In this document: in pieces, positions 46,688 to 58,978 of the stretch
Position numbering within the stretch: position 1 is the stretch's first letter
How the letters are laid out: each line of letters starts with the position of its first letter
Assembly: GCA_026025075.1 (NCBI GenBank)
Contig: JAPEUI010000014.1
Coordinates: 124,001-188,000, forward strand
Length of the DNA: 64,000 nucleotides
Reading direction: 5' to 3'
Source: Vezdaea acicularis
Lineage: Eukaryota
The notes under the pieces: generated by a model
The model's database searches: none
Told to the model about the DNA's origin: nothing
The model's input: the letters and a program-made list of their open reading frames with translations, nothing else
Translations under genes and position numbers: made by a program

Positions 46688-49600
46688 ATGGTTTCCTCAC
46701 TTTCCCAGCAGCTCTCCAAACTGACATCAGACACTACCAACTCACTGAATCTCAAAGCGCAGAAAGCGGCTCATGCTAAGTCTCTTATTTGGGAAGCAAA
46801 AGATGCAGCTTTCCAGGATTTCGATACGATTTATGCAGTCTGCTATGAAGGGTTTCAGGAATTATGTCTACTTGACCCTCGATTTGCAGCCTTTGGCCGT
46901 ACTATTTTCAGTGAACATAGTAAGACTCAAGATAGGGATCAGATGACCGCAGAAGAAAACAACGACCTTGACCGCGTTCTGAATGACTTTCTTGAGCTGG
47001 TGGGAGCAAGATTGTTACTTACACCAGCACTAAAAGCGGTTGAATGGACGGTCAGGCGTTTTAGGTGAGTTATCATTTAAGATAGCCCTCATAGACAACC
47101 GCTCACCCCGTTCCTATCTCATAGGGTCCATGAATTCAACGTCACCTCTGTAATCTTAATGTTCTTGCCGTACCACACCACCAACATTTTCCTAGTGCTC
47201 CTCTCAATATTACCTGAAGATGTCCCCTCAGCGTTGAAGTTCTTACACCCATACATTCGGTCTCTTACAAATCCGCCTCGACATGCCATTGTCCACGCAG
47301 CGACAAACGATATTCGCTTCTTTGCAACGCTGAATCATCATGTGATTAAGATTAGTGAAGTAGGGCATGAGTACCATGGACTGCTGTCGTTCTGGGCTGG
47401 AGTGGCGACGGAAGCCGTCGCAAGGATGCTTGATCATGCAAGATCTGGTAGAGAAAGGTTGGAAAAGACACGAGAGCAAGACGTAGTGATGAGGATCTTG
47501 CCAACACTTAGCCAGGGTCTGTCGATGAAACGTGTCCCAGAACTGAGGGTCGGTTGTTATATGATTGTCACAGTACTGGCTTCAAGATCTTTCCTCAGTG
47601 ACACTCTTAGCATGAGCTTGATGGAGGCTGTAGTAAGCTGTTGGACCCAAGAAACGATTACTCCCGGTATCATCTGCCTAGCGGTTCTGGCGCAAACCCG
47701 AGAGAAAGCCGCTCTATCTCCAGCGTTAATGAAAGCGCTGATTAATATGGACAACCTAGTTCCTCAGCTGGTCTTGCTCCGAGAAAAACTCAGAGTTGAC
47801 AAGCTAGCCTTGAGTCTTGTGAGGGGCCTTCTCGAGCAAACGGAAGACATGAACGCCAGCCTGAATCTTTCAATCTTGCGGGAGATATTGGATGCTACGT
47901 TGCTGACAAGTCCTCAGGAGAGAACAAGCCTTGGCTTAATCTTTTCTGCAGTGAGAGATGCAGATATCCGATTTGGTGAATCGGAATCCAACTCAGCTTT
48001 TGCTGCATACGCCGACTTATTGGGTTACCTCTTATCATCTGAATCGCTGAAGGAAAGCGTTCACGCAGCCTCCCGTGCAACAAACATTGATATGGATTCT
48101 CTGGAAATCAGGTTTAGACGATCCCTTCGTCCAGCACTAGAGAACAAAATAGAGGGTGAAGACATTGCGATGGACCGTCTAGGATCTATAGCCGATGACC
48201 CGGAGCAGCTCTTCGAAGCTGCACTTATGGAAATCCCGGCGAGTACAGTTGACGAAGTATCTTTCCTGGCTACGACTAAATCTCATGTCTATGCTAGCTT
48301 ATTGCAGACTTTCATATTGGCAGTCGCGGCTGGAAAGAGCGAGATTTACGAACACTTACCAATTTTACGAAGGGTTCATGCTTTTGATGAGCCACTATAT
48401 TTCTCCTTCTTCGTTTGCGTATGGTGCGGCCCTTACCCTTCATCCGTCCGATCTTCAGCTCTTCGAATCATCACAAAATATTTCAATACTATAGGAGAAC
48501 CTCTTAAAGATGTTCAAGCCTTGCTTCCATTCATCCTTGTTGCGCTCGCAGATCCAGAGTTGAAAGTGCGGCAAGAAGCCTCAGAGCTGGCTGCAACTTT
48601 GAACAATTGTTACAAGAAAATAGCCAAATCTAGAAAGAAATGTGACGATGATAGCTTATGGGCCAAAGAAGAGCTTTATGGTCCTCTCAATTCAACAAAG
48701 ACTCTAGTGTGGCTCCCAAGTCTAAAAGATGTCGCGAGTATTCTAGAATTTGTGATTGTCAAAAATCTCGAAGAGTGTATTTTGAGCGGCGCCCATATAT
48801 GTCGAGTGATCGAGAATTGCCTCAGAAAGTCCACCCAGGAAGTCGCAGAGGAGAAACCCATGATAGTCCATATCAAGACTGCAGTTCGAACTGCTCTATT
48901 TTTGTCTCTATCCAGCCACGCTTTCAATTGCTCAATATATCTTGTCAAGATAAAAATCCTGAAGCTATTAAATAGGATAGATAGAGTCGGTGATATTTAC
49001 CGCACTGATACTCTTCTTCCATTACTGGTGAGCTGGGCGGACTTATCTGAGGAGGAAGTGCAGGCATGCTGTTCAGCAGAAACACTTAAAGAAGAAGAGG
49101 TAGACTCTGAGATGGTTGGAATATTGTCACCAAATCGCAAGGACGGACTTCTAGCTCTACAAAAGATTCTTGCAGATCCTCGGGTGTCTACTAGGGTATC
49201 ACTCGTTAAAGCTCTGTTCAAACGCTTGCGGAAGATGTGGAGTCGTATGCGGAACGAAAATCAGACCGAGACAGCCTTATTTCTACTTGATACTGCCATG
49301 GCGCAGACCGACACTGGGACAGAGTCTGATATTGTGCAAAGCGATGCGAATGAACTAATTCGACACATTTCTCTCAGTACGGAGATTCTCCGCGCGTTTC
49401 TGGACCGGCTCTTGGACCTGTCGAGACAAAATCACGAACCGCCTATGAAGAAGCGGCGAATATCTCATGCGGGTGAGGGCAACCCTAAAATGACTGGCAC
49501 CAACGACTTGGAGTCTACGTTACAGAGAGCCACATTTATCCTGGAAATAGTTGAAGCGTCTCATCCTCAGCACCACCAATCGCTCTTGGGCATCCTCTTT

Positions 49601-52525
49601 CAGGTTCTGGGTGAGATGCAGAGTTTCAAAGCTCGTATAGGCTCTGACCTGGCGTATATGCAGACTCTGATCTTGAGTAGCTTGCTAGCTATTGTTGATA
49701 CATCCCGAGGAGCAAGACCAGCTCCGCTAGATCAGGCCTCGGTGCGTGTAGATATCCTTGTAGACTGTATCAGATCTACGAACAACACGCCTGTCCAAAA
49801 CACCGCACTGCTCATCGCTGCTAGCTTAGCAGAAATTACGCCAGACTTGGTCCTGCACAGCATTATGCCGCTGTTTACTTTTATGAGCTCGACATTGCTA
49901 AGGAATAACGATGATTATTCTGTTCATGTTGTGGATACTGTAAGAATTCCCATCTTTGATTAAATCAAGTTTCTAAGTCAGATTTACAGGCCATTGACTT
50001 GATCATTCCTCCCTTGGTAGGATCACTTCGTCGGCAAAAGAGAGACCCAGTCCTAGGATCGTCTGAGCTGCTCCTGAGCTTTGTCGCAGCGTTTGAGCAC
50101 ATGCCTCCGAACCGACGTCGTCGCCTCTTTATCAAACTTGTCGAAACACTTGGGCCAGCCGACTTCATGTTTGCTCTACTTGCCATGCTTGCAGATAGAT
50201 ATTCGCACGATTCTAAAGTCGTAGACTTCGCTGTTGAGTTAAGTCTTCACTTCGACCCGGAGGTACAACTTGAGGTAGGTTACACGCCGTTATTATGTGA
50301 GAGCGTCAAATATTGACATGCTTTCTAGTCCGCCAGTAAATACTTCGAACTCGTTCAAGATTTACTAGCTCCAGAGCAATTCATTTCAAAACGCTTGCTT
50401 AGCCACGATCGCATCGATGAGAAAAGCAATGGACAAATTGCTTGTAGCTTACTTGTGCTTTTGCAGCGATTATTGGCGAATGAAACCCTTGTCTCTGGAG
50501 TTCGAAGATGTCTGAAACTAGACGACACGCGTGCTGCACGCATTCTAGAGGTGTTCTCGAAGTTCTTAGCAAAGGTTGTTAAGGTTGCGAATGATTCTTG
50601 GAAGGATAGTAAGAGTACGCTACATTTTTATATATCTAAAAGACCTCTGTCCTAACCTTACAGTTTCCGTTTTGCTCGGAGCCGTACTTAGCAGATTACT
50701 GAACCTCCTCTCCACCACCGATTTCCTTAAATGTTTGGAGGAGATGCTGAGTAGCGCGGACGCAACAGTTAGTATTGTATAGAGAGCCTCATATTTATTG
50801 CTACTGACTCCTGAAGCTCTCTCGAAAATTGCTGCAAGCCTTCGACTCGCGAGTCGGTATAGAGCAGAATACACAAGCAACGACCATAAGTGCAATCTTA
50901 GGATTTCTTCCAACCCTGAGTAGGTTTGTAACGGAGTCCGAAGACATTGGTTTGAGGCACTTGGCAGTGACCTGTATAAATAGAGTTTCAGAGAAATATG
51001 GAAGGAGAAATATTGATGCGGTTCGGAAAGCTGCTGAAATAATATCTGGTGCTAGCTGTTTGGGCCACGAGAAGAGGAGGCTTAAGATCATTGGCCTCAT
51101 CACTCTAGCTGATATGACAGAGGTGCTGCAGTCAGAAATCATACCTATCTTGCCCGAGGCTATAGCTAGAGCACTGCAGCACATGGAGGAAAGCCTGGAA
51201 CAGAGCTCCTTTCACGCTAACCTTCATGTGGCAGCCCTAACATTCGTTGCTGCTCTCCTGAAGAACGTACCTTGGATGGTATCGGGTCAATTGGTTGACA
51301 GAATCCTCCTATTATCTCACCGTTCAGCTGAAAGCAACATAGCCAATCAGTCGGATATGGCAGATGAGGTCCATGGGAATAGATCTCAAACGCTCAAATT
51401 GCTCGCCTTAAGGGTGGATGCAAAGGCTGGACTCTTAGCAGTGGAACGGACGTGGCGGCACGCTACCAACGCTGGGCCAAAGGTAACACCGCTTTGAATG
51501 CCAGAATAAATTGATTCTGAATGCTAATTTATGATTATGCAGGCGCTAATCGAGCAGCTTTTTTTCTTTGATCGTGTCCTGGCAAAGCAGCCCAAAGCAA
51601 CAATAGTCAGCAACTCACAATTGATATCGAAGATTGTGCCGATGGCGCTTGACACTCGTCGATTAGGATTCATTGAAGAAATTGACACGATCGAGGCAAC
51701 AGTCCACGACGTAATCATAAGACTAATATACAAAATGAATGACGCTAATTTTAGGCCAATGTTTGAACATATCATGGGATGGGCCTTAGCCGTATCACAG
51801 AGCCATCCAGAAGATCGCGTTCTTAAGCTGATAAATCTTTTCAATTTCCTACAGACTTTGTTTGATAGCCTAAGGGTATGGTGTTTTCCCACGAATTCAT
51901 GGTTTTGGCATGCTAAAGTGCATGATTTAGTCTCTCGTTACGAGCTATGCTAGCTACATCCTGGATGTTGTCGTGGATGTCTTGTCAGAGAAAACCTCAA
52001 CCACTGAGAACTCTAAAACGCTATGGATTGCAACAGCAAGAATGCTTCGTGTCTCTTTTGAGCATGACCAAGATGGTGAAAATCTACTAAGACGTCCCTT
52101 CGCTTTCGCTTACTAACGATCAAACAGAGTTCTGGCAGTCGCCTGCTCACTTCGACAAAGTTGCTCCAATTTTGCTGTCACAGCTAGAACGGACAGAACC
52201 GCTTCCAGCTGTTGACGAGATCATCCCTGCCATCACTCAACTAGCGGTTGCAGCCGACTCTGCGGAGCATCGCAAAGAAATAAACGCAGCCATCATGAAA
52301 TATATGCGATCGAATGATGCACAAGTGCGACTAACAGCCATCAAGTGCGAGATTTCGCTCACAGCTCGATTGGGTGAAGAATGGCTGGAGCTGCTGCCTG
52401 AAATGCTGCCATTTATCAGCGAACTACAAGAGGATGATGACGAGTTAGTGGAGAGAGAGACCATGAAATGGATCGTGAAAATCGAGGCTATCCTAGGCGA
52501 GAGCTTGAACTCCATGTTGCAGTGA
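46688..52525 (+). CDS. UTP10: U3 snoRNP/SSU processome HEAT-repeat protein Utp10 (HEATR1)
   Basis: MVSSLSQQL, QDFDTIYAVCYEGFQELCLLDPRF, KAVEWTVRRFRVHEFN, LPYH, HSIMPLFTFM, KMNDANFRPMF and LGEEWLELLPEMLPFISELQEDDDE..E...LGESLNSMLQ*. About eight short GT-AG introns. Confidence 0.95.
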
Positions 52526-52897
52526 TTCTCACTCCAGGTTGACTGTTAGGGAGATCTGGTGAATATTTGCCAGCAAATTTGGTTAAAAGCATTTTGCAGG
52601 ATGGAAGAGGACGTGGTATAGCGTGTAGATTAAAACAGCGAGAATCAGTGGATTATGGATCCTGTGTCCTTCCAATTAGTCAGAGTAATGTTGTTCTAGA
52701 ATTAAATGAAACTTGAAGATTAAATGTGCCGATACTACCATGGTCTCTGGGTTGTAGAATATTATGGGCGCACGGAATTTTCCACGAGGGTGTGGTGACC
52801 AAAACCGCGTTCGAAAGCGAAACTCGCGAACTTCAGGATTCACTTTCCCCGTACATCATTCTCTTTGGTAGAGATATGCTCTCAGCTCTGCAATATC

Positions 52898-54950
52898 ATG
52901 TCAACCGCTGTGAGAAGAGGCCAGCAATCGCTGAAGCTTGACCTGGCAAGAAGTGACTCTCAAGAAGCTCCTCCAATCGCTGCGTTATTTCTGATCTACT
53001 TTGATGTGAGAGCTGGGTATGGATTTCAACTCCCCCAAGTAAGATAATGTTCTGATATTGTGGGAGCTAGATATACGCTTGGATGGCGAAAGGCAATTCC
53101 AGGAGGTGGGAGGTCAAGAAAATGCAGCGGCATGCCTAATGTCTAATTGCTACAATAGTGAAGTTAGAGGGCGCCGTGGAGTTCAAGTCGCTGCCTTCCG
53201 GCTTACATCACGTTAAGGAGGACCTGGTGTAAGTGGCAGCGGTCTATCATACAGTCAGAGACTTATACCAGATTGTAGGTATTTTGTACATGAACAATAT
53301 GTGGGCGTTAGCGCATTCATCAATAAACCGATTCCAGAATCCGAACGCAATGCGCTTATGTTGGCCGTTGGTGTCCTGGTACCGCTAAGCTATGGAAGAC
53401 TTGGTCGCGGCTGGCGACATGCAGACAATTTGCGATCCTTAGCGCGGTGAGCCCGTTCTTCTGTTTCCTGCGAGCTACTCTCTAATTCGGATCGTATTAG
53501 GCAAGTTGTTACAGACACTGCAGACACTACCGGTCTAGAAGATTACTGGGAGTTATGCCAGCTGAGGGATGGGCAGTCACTTTCAAACGATGGGTCACCT
53601 CTAGAATCACCATCAAGTCTGAAGATTAAGCCGTCTCGACAGGACAACTCCTCATTGAAACAGCATGGCCGGCATAGGTCGATCTCTGACGCCGGTCTAC
53701 TTGTTCCAGTGGGGCAGCTTCTTTCCTCTCATCACCCGGCACTCTCATTATCCTCCTTTCTAGATACCTTTGGCCCCTTGATTTTTCCTCTACATCGTGC
53801 AGCGCTACTCAGGAAGCGCATCTTGTTAGTCGGCCAGGCCCCAGTTGAACTGGCTTGTAATTATGGTAGGATCCTTCACGCTCAGAACTAGGCTTACATA
53901 CGTGCTAAAACTTGCGAAGTATATGACCTCTCCATCCTTTCAAATATACCACTTTCGGTAAATGAATTACTCTCTCCTTCTTCGCCGTCTGCGCGAATAC
54001 GACCACTTTTTGCCATAGGCGTTCATGACATACCATTCCTCATTGATAAAGCGGAGGCTCCAACGCACGGCCAGGATACCCCCTCGTCGATTGAAGACGG
54101 GCTGTCGATGGTGCTTGGCGACGGATGGGTTGCTTGCACCACTGATGGCGTGCTAGGACTCAAAAGGGAACTATACGACGTTCTCGTAACGCTACCACCT
54201 AAGTACACAAAAGATGCCTCTAAAAAGGCATGGCCTGAGATCATTTCTTCCAGTGGTACCGAAATGAGAGCTACACAACGGGATCTTCGGCGTTACAGAG
54301 TACTTCGAGAAAGATTGATGCGGTATCAAAATGACGATGCGCTCGAGGATGATATCATGGGCGAGTCTACTGACGACATCACTGCCCTACTGAAACAAGG
54401 CCTTCCTGAATCCGTTGACGACGTGTTGTCGACAATCAATGATAAAGTTATTGAACCTCAGTCCTGGGCCGCCCTTGCCTACTCCTCATTTATGTGGTGG
54501 GCTTCTGCTGGCGAGGCACGGCAAGACATGGTTGAGGAAGAGGAGCAAGACCAAGCTCTGTTTGAGAACCCGTATGACGATTGTTCAAGCGCGATGACCC
54601 CTTCATCTCGACCGCGAAGTCGGTCAAGTTTCACTGCAATGACACAAGTAGCCGGGGAGGCGGCGAGTGAGATGGTGATCATTGCTTATTTCCATCGGCT
54701 CACTACCCTAATCCTGACAACTCTCGCCGATCTCGTTGATTCGACCAGCGTTGAAGAGGATGTAGTGGCCGAAGGGGAAAGCGATGCGCTTTTTGTTAGT
54801 AGCGAGGATATGGCCAAGATGGGACTTGATGTCTGGAGCGAGAGTGATAGGGTATTTGTGGAGCAGATAATTGGGGATTATTTTGGACGTATGGCAGAGG
54901 TTCAAGGCGGTTCCGTAGAGTGTTGCGGTGTAAAGGTTGCCGGGCCATGA
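52898..54950 (+). CDS. DENN-related protein (DUF4484 / DENND11-Anr2-like)
   Basis: Six exons. Spliced PPIAALFLIYFDVRAGYTLGW...LEGAVEFKSLPSGLHHVKEDLVYFVHEQYVGVSAF...GRLGRGWRH...HPALSL..FLDTFGPLIFPLHRAALLRKRIL...GWVACTTD...LAYSSFMWWASAGE. Confidence 0.85.
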
Positions 54951-55023
54951 TCGAGAGTGATGACTTACAATCAGGCAAGAAATGCATCTACCACACCTAT
55001 TGCTTAACAACAAGGTGGATCCA

Positions 55024-56793
55024 TCAAGCGAATTTCGTCATGAAGCCCTTTCTCTCCAAGTTCTGTACTACCTCCCAGAATAGTTCCTCACCCTTCCTGT
55101 CTCTTCTTTGGTCCCCATGCGACTTCATCTCTTCCTGTACATCCTGAAGCACATAGCCAATTTTCTCCCAGTCGCCCATTTCATCTAGCGCCGTTATGAC
55201 TGCGCGAAGGGCCCGCCAACTAGGCGTCTTGCCTTCCTTAGCCATCCGCCCCAAAAACGCCATCATCTTATTAGCGTCGTGCGCCCGTGCGTATCCCTCG
55301 ATCATCCGGTCGTAGAACATAATATCAATGACTCCACCATGCATTTGAATGAAATCCCACAGTCCGTCAATCGCTGCGAGTTCGGGTGGGCTTCTTGAGA
55401 AGTGATGTGTGAGTAGCATAGTGTAAATATGTGAGGATGGTTTAATACTCCTAGAAACCATATGGTCTAATACTGCGCGAGTAGCAGGAATATTTCGGTG
55501 GAGCCTGAGAAGAGAATTAATTATCGTCCCATAAGACCATACATTTGGTGGCACGCCACTATCTTCCATTTGTCCGAGAACATTATCAACGAGCAATTGC
55601 TGCTCCTTTGTTGACGAGGAAGAGTCTGAGACCTTAGACTTGCGGAATATATCGTTAAGGAAAATGGTGAATGTCGCGATGTCAGGTTTGGTGTTACTCC
55701 GCACCATCTCCTTTAGTATCTTCGAAGTGTGATCTTCAAGCCCCCTTTTTACGTAATGGGATAGTAGTTGGTTATAGGTGATGATATCTGGATTGATACC
55801 GTGGAAGGCGGCAAAATCTAGGACCCGTCGGGCATCGTCCGCCTTATCCCATCTTATTAAATGGGCCACTGCTGCATTGAATGGCGCAATTGTTGGCATA
55901 CATATCGATTCTGAACCCTGTGCTGCCTCCATATCGGTTAAAAATACACTAGATTCTCCCTTCTTAATCGTTTGATTAGGTGCTGGTAACGAATCGAGCC
56001 ACTCATGGACCATTTCCGTCAGCGCGTCCATACCACCTGCAAAGTTACGTGCCCCGAAAATTGCACTAATTCGTGTGGTCCAGCAACGAATGTTTGGACT
56101 GACGCCGCTAGCTCGCATTTTATTCCATAGCTCTTCGACAGAAGCAATATCTTTCGCTTTTCGGAAGCCATTGAGTAGTATATTCCAGACTTCAGGCTCA
56201 GGGGTGAGACCGTGGGAATGCATATCGTTCCATACATTAATAGCTAGAGCAGTCTCCTTGAGGTCAATGAAAGCTGCCATGAAGCGCCTATGCATATGTA
56301 GGTAAAAATGCTCGCTGTTCATGCCCAAAGCCTTACTTTTCCCATACCAAATCCGAGCTTCATTCCAAAGTTGCAGTAGAGCGTGCCGATCTTGTTTCTC
56401 AATAGCCGAATTAAGCCGAGTTTGTAAAGGAACCTGTTCGCGACCAGACGACCTGTTCATAAGGGGAGGTTGCGAGGAACTAGACGCGCGAGGAAGGTAA
56501 ACCGCCGTATTAGATTCACCTCCTCTGACTGCTCTGAAGAAGCCCAAAAGGGTTTCCTCTCTGTGAGCATTGCTTGATGGCTTCTTAGTGTCCGCAAGTC
56601 GGGGTGACATAGGCTGATGGACACTTGGAACAATATCCGCGATTTCCTCCAATGTTTGGGACTCTCGCTGTCGAATTGCATTTTGGGTGAAGAAGCGCAC
56701 ACCAGCTTGTGAATGGCAGTGAACATCAATGCCTCTCCTCAAGGAAGCGCTGAGCGACGTCTTACGTCGTGCGAAAAATAAGTGCTCTGTCAT
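55024..56793 (-). CDS. Pentatricopeptide-repeat (PPR) protein, probably mitochondrial
   Basis: Repeated ~35-aa units (VWNILLNGF...GVSPNIRCWTTRI, GINPDIITYNQLL, KPDIATFTIFL, PPNVWSYGTIINSL, FYDRMIEGYAR) and an Arg-rich N-terminus. First ATG at 56793; start uncertain. Confidence 0.88.
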   Translation of the reverse strand: MTEHLFFARRKTSLSASLRRGIDVHCHSQAGVRFFTQNAIRQRESQTLEEIADIVPSVHQPMSPRLADTKKPSSNAHREETLLGFFRAVRGGESNTAVYLPRASSSSQPPLMNRSSGREQVPLQTRLNSAIEKQDRHALLQLWNEARIWYGKSKALGMNSEHFYLHMHRRFMAAFIDLKETALAINVWNDMHSHGLTPEPEVWNILLNGFRKAKDIASVEELWNKMRASGVSPNIRCWTTRISAIFGARNFAGGMDALTEMVHEWLDSLPAPNQTIKKGESSVFLTDMEAAQGSESICMPTIAPFNAAVAHLIRWDKADDARRVLDFAAFHGINPDIITYNQLLSHYVKRGLEDHTSKILKEMVRSNTKPDIATFTIFLNDIFRKSKVSDSSSSTKEQQLLVDNVLGQMEDSGVPPNVWSYGTIINSLLRLHRNIPATRAVLDHMVSRSIKPSSHIYTMLLTHHFSRSPPELAAIDGLWDFIQMHGGVIDIMFYDRMIEGYARAHDANKMMAFLGRMAKEGKTPSWRALRAVITALDEMGDWEKIGYVLQDVQEEMKSHGDQRRDRKGEELFWEVVQNLERKGFMTKFA

Positions 56794-57013
56794 GATCCAT
56801 GGGTTGGTAGATTTGGCGTGGTCGTAGCATAATTCTATGGGTGGAAAGTGGACGTTACTCCAGGGAAAAACGTTTTTCCGACCACGGTTAGAGCCCAAGT
56901 GAAGTCTGCATCGTTGCAATAAAATACTGTTGAGCAGTAACGACCATTTCTGCGGTCAATTGTGCTGGTCGAAGTGGTGCTGGCCACCTATACGTTCTCT
57001 GGGCCAACCAATC

Positions 57014-58645
57014 ATGACGACATTAATTTCACGAAAGCCCTATACGGACGACGAACTGATTAAGCTTTATCCACCAGAGCTTCAATTGCAGCAAGTCCAA
57101 ATTCTTCTGCGGCATGGCGAGCGAAGCCCAGTATCTGCGCGATTTCAAAGTGCCGGGTTATCGCCATACTGGCCGTATTGTAATGATGCCAAGCGGATGG
57201 TCAATATTGTCAAGGTTAACATGAGAGGAAAGGACTGGGATGAGCTACACTGGAGACGGCGTTTAGAAACATTTGGAGAGGATGATGAGCCAGTGATTGC
57301 TTCTAACGCTAGGAAAGGCCCAGATGGAATCTGTGACCTGGGACAGCTTACTGATGAAGGCCGGGATTCAACTCTTGCTCTTGGAAAACGCCTCAGGCAT
57401 CTCTATGTGGACAGGCTTGGCTTTATGCCAAAAGTCATAAATGATGCTGATTTAATGTACATTCGTTCGACACCTATACCCAGAGCATTGGAATCCGTCC
57501 AGCAAGCGTTCTCGGGTCTATACCCTGCCTCAAGTCGGGCAGCCAACTTCCCCGCCATGACTATCATCACGAGGACTGTGGCTGATGAGACTCTTTTCCC
57601 TAATGATGGAGCTTGCAGGAGGTTTGGCCAGTTGAGTAGAGCTTTTGCTGAGCGCACTGCAGAAAGATGGAATGAGACCGACGAAATGAACTATCTCAAT
57701 AAGCTCATATCAAAATGGATGCCGCCACACTCAAGGCGCGTTGCGGTGGATTCACACCCTCGTCTGTCAGGCATAATGGATACGATAAATGCTACACTAG
57801 GTCATGGACCCCTAACGCGGCTTCCAAAAGAGTTCTATGATCCAAAGGCCCTCGAGATCATCAATCGTATAAGCACTGAAGAATGGTTCTCCGGCTTCAA
57901 GGAGAGTGAAGAGTATAGGACTTTGGGTATTGGCCCTCTTTTGGGAGACATAGTATCACGAATGACGGCCAACGCCCTGAAAAGCGGTAATGACGGTATG
58001 CTCGAGGTAGGTGGGGAGGACGGTGAACTCGGTGAAGGAAGAGGAGGCGAGAGAGAAATTAAACTTGGGCTATCTGGTTGCCACGACACAACCCTTGCTG
58101 CTATCATGGCTAGTCTAGGCACTTTCGAAGGAGAGAATACAAGATGGCCAAACTTTACGAGTCACATAGCATTCGAGCTGTTCATACGTAGGGGTACTTC
58201 GAGCAGCTACACTGACCCTAACTTGAAAGATGCTGTTCGATCTAGTACCGCGGCTCCAAAAGTCAACGCTCAGCAGAAAGGTTTGTGGGACTCACTTGTC
58301 AGCGGAATCTTTGGGAGCCCCAGTAATCTTACAGAGCGTCCGCCTGCTCGAAAAATGGTAGGAGAGATGTCTGTTGATGAAAAGGCTCAGCTTGAAAACT
58401 ATTTCGTTAGGTTACGGTATAATGATAAAGTTATCACGGTCCCCGGATGTAAGTCTAAAGGGATGCATTTTGAAGGAAACGAAAGCTTCTGCACTCTTGT
58501 CGCGTTCAAGGGAATCGTGGACAAGTTTACCCCAAGGCATTGGAAGCAGGCGTGCAGAGAGAACCTGGAAAAACCGGCATTTCCTCAAGTGGAAAATCAA
58601 CTGGGTGCTGATGTCAAAGAGCGGGTGATTGTAAATAACAAATGA
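57014..58645 (+). CDS. Histidine acid phosphatase (branch 2, ACP6-like), intronless
   Basis: RHGERSP catalytic motif, GQLTDEG, LGKRLRHLY, RSTPIPRALES and the acid/base SGCHDTT. ATG at 57014 (MTTLISRKPY). Confidence 0.92.
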   Translation: MTTLISRKPYTDDELIKLYPPELQLQQVQILLRHGERSPVSARFQSAGLSPYWPYCNDAKRMVNIVKVNMRGKDWDELHWRRRLETFGEDDEPVIASNARKGPDGICDLGQLTDEGRDSTLALGKRLRHLYVDRLGFMPKVINDADLMYIRSTPIPRALESVQQAFSGLYPASSRAANFPAMTIITRTVADETLFPNDGACRRFGQLSRAFAERTAERWNETDEMNYLNKLISKWMPPHSRRVAVDSHPRLSGIMDTINATLGHGPLTRLPKEFYDPKALEIINRISTEEWFSGFKESEEYRTLGIGPLLGDIVSRMTANALKSGNDGMLEVGGEDGELGEGRGGEREIKLGLSGCHDTTLAAIMASLGTFEGENTRWPNFTSHIAFELFIRRGTSSSYTDPNLKDAVRSSTAAPKVNAQQKGLWDSLVSGIFGSPSNLTERPPARKMVGEMSVDEKAQLENYFVRLRYNDKVITVPGCKSKGMHFEGNESFCTLVAFKGIVDKFTPRHWKQACRENLEKPAFPQVENQLGADVKERVIVNNK

Positions 58646-58978
58646 GCTGTTGTAAAAATATCAAGAGATAATTTGAATTCGAGAGATCTACTGTAGTAAA
58701 GCTTTTATGTGGTGATGCCTATGGTTCTGGCACGTACAAAGCCTAGAGAAGATACCATCGTTCTAGTTATAGCTTTGGGAAATCGCTTCGTATTGATATC
58801 CTTGAATATGACATGACAGAACTGCTCAGATTCGCAGAAAAAGGGGAAATTCCTGTTGTGTTGCGTTGGAACAATTCCGTCACAGAGTCTAGCGACACCA
58901 ATGACGGCTTGTTTACTTTTGTGACTTCGCGCTTAAAATTCCTACAACGGCATTTCTCCAAAATCTAATCAAAGTAGC

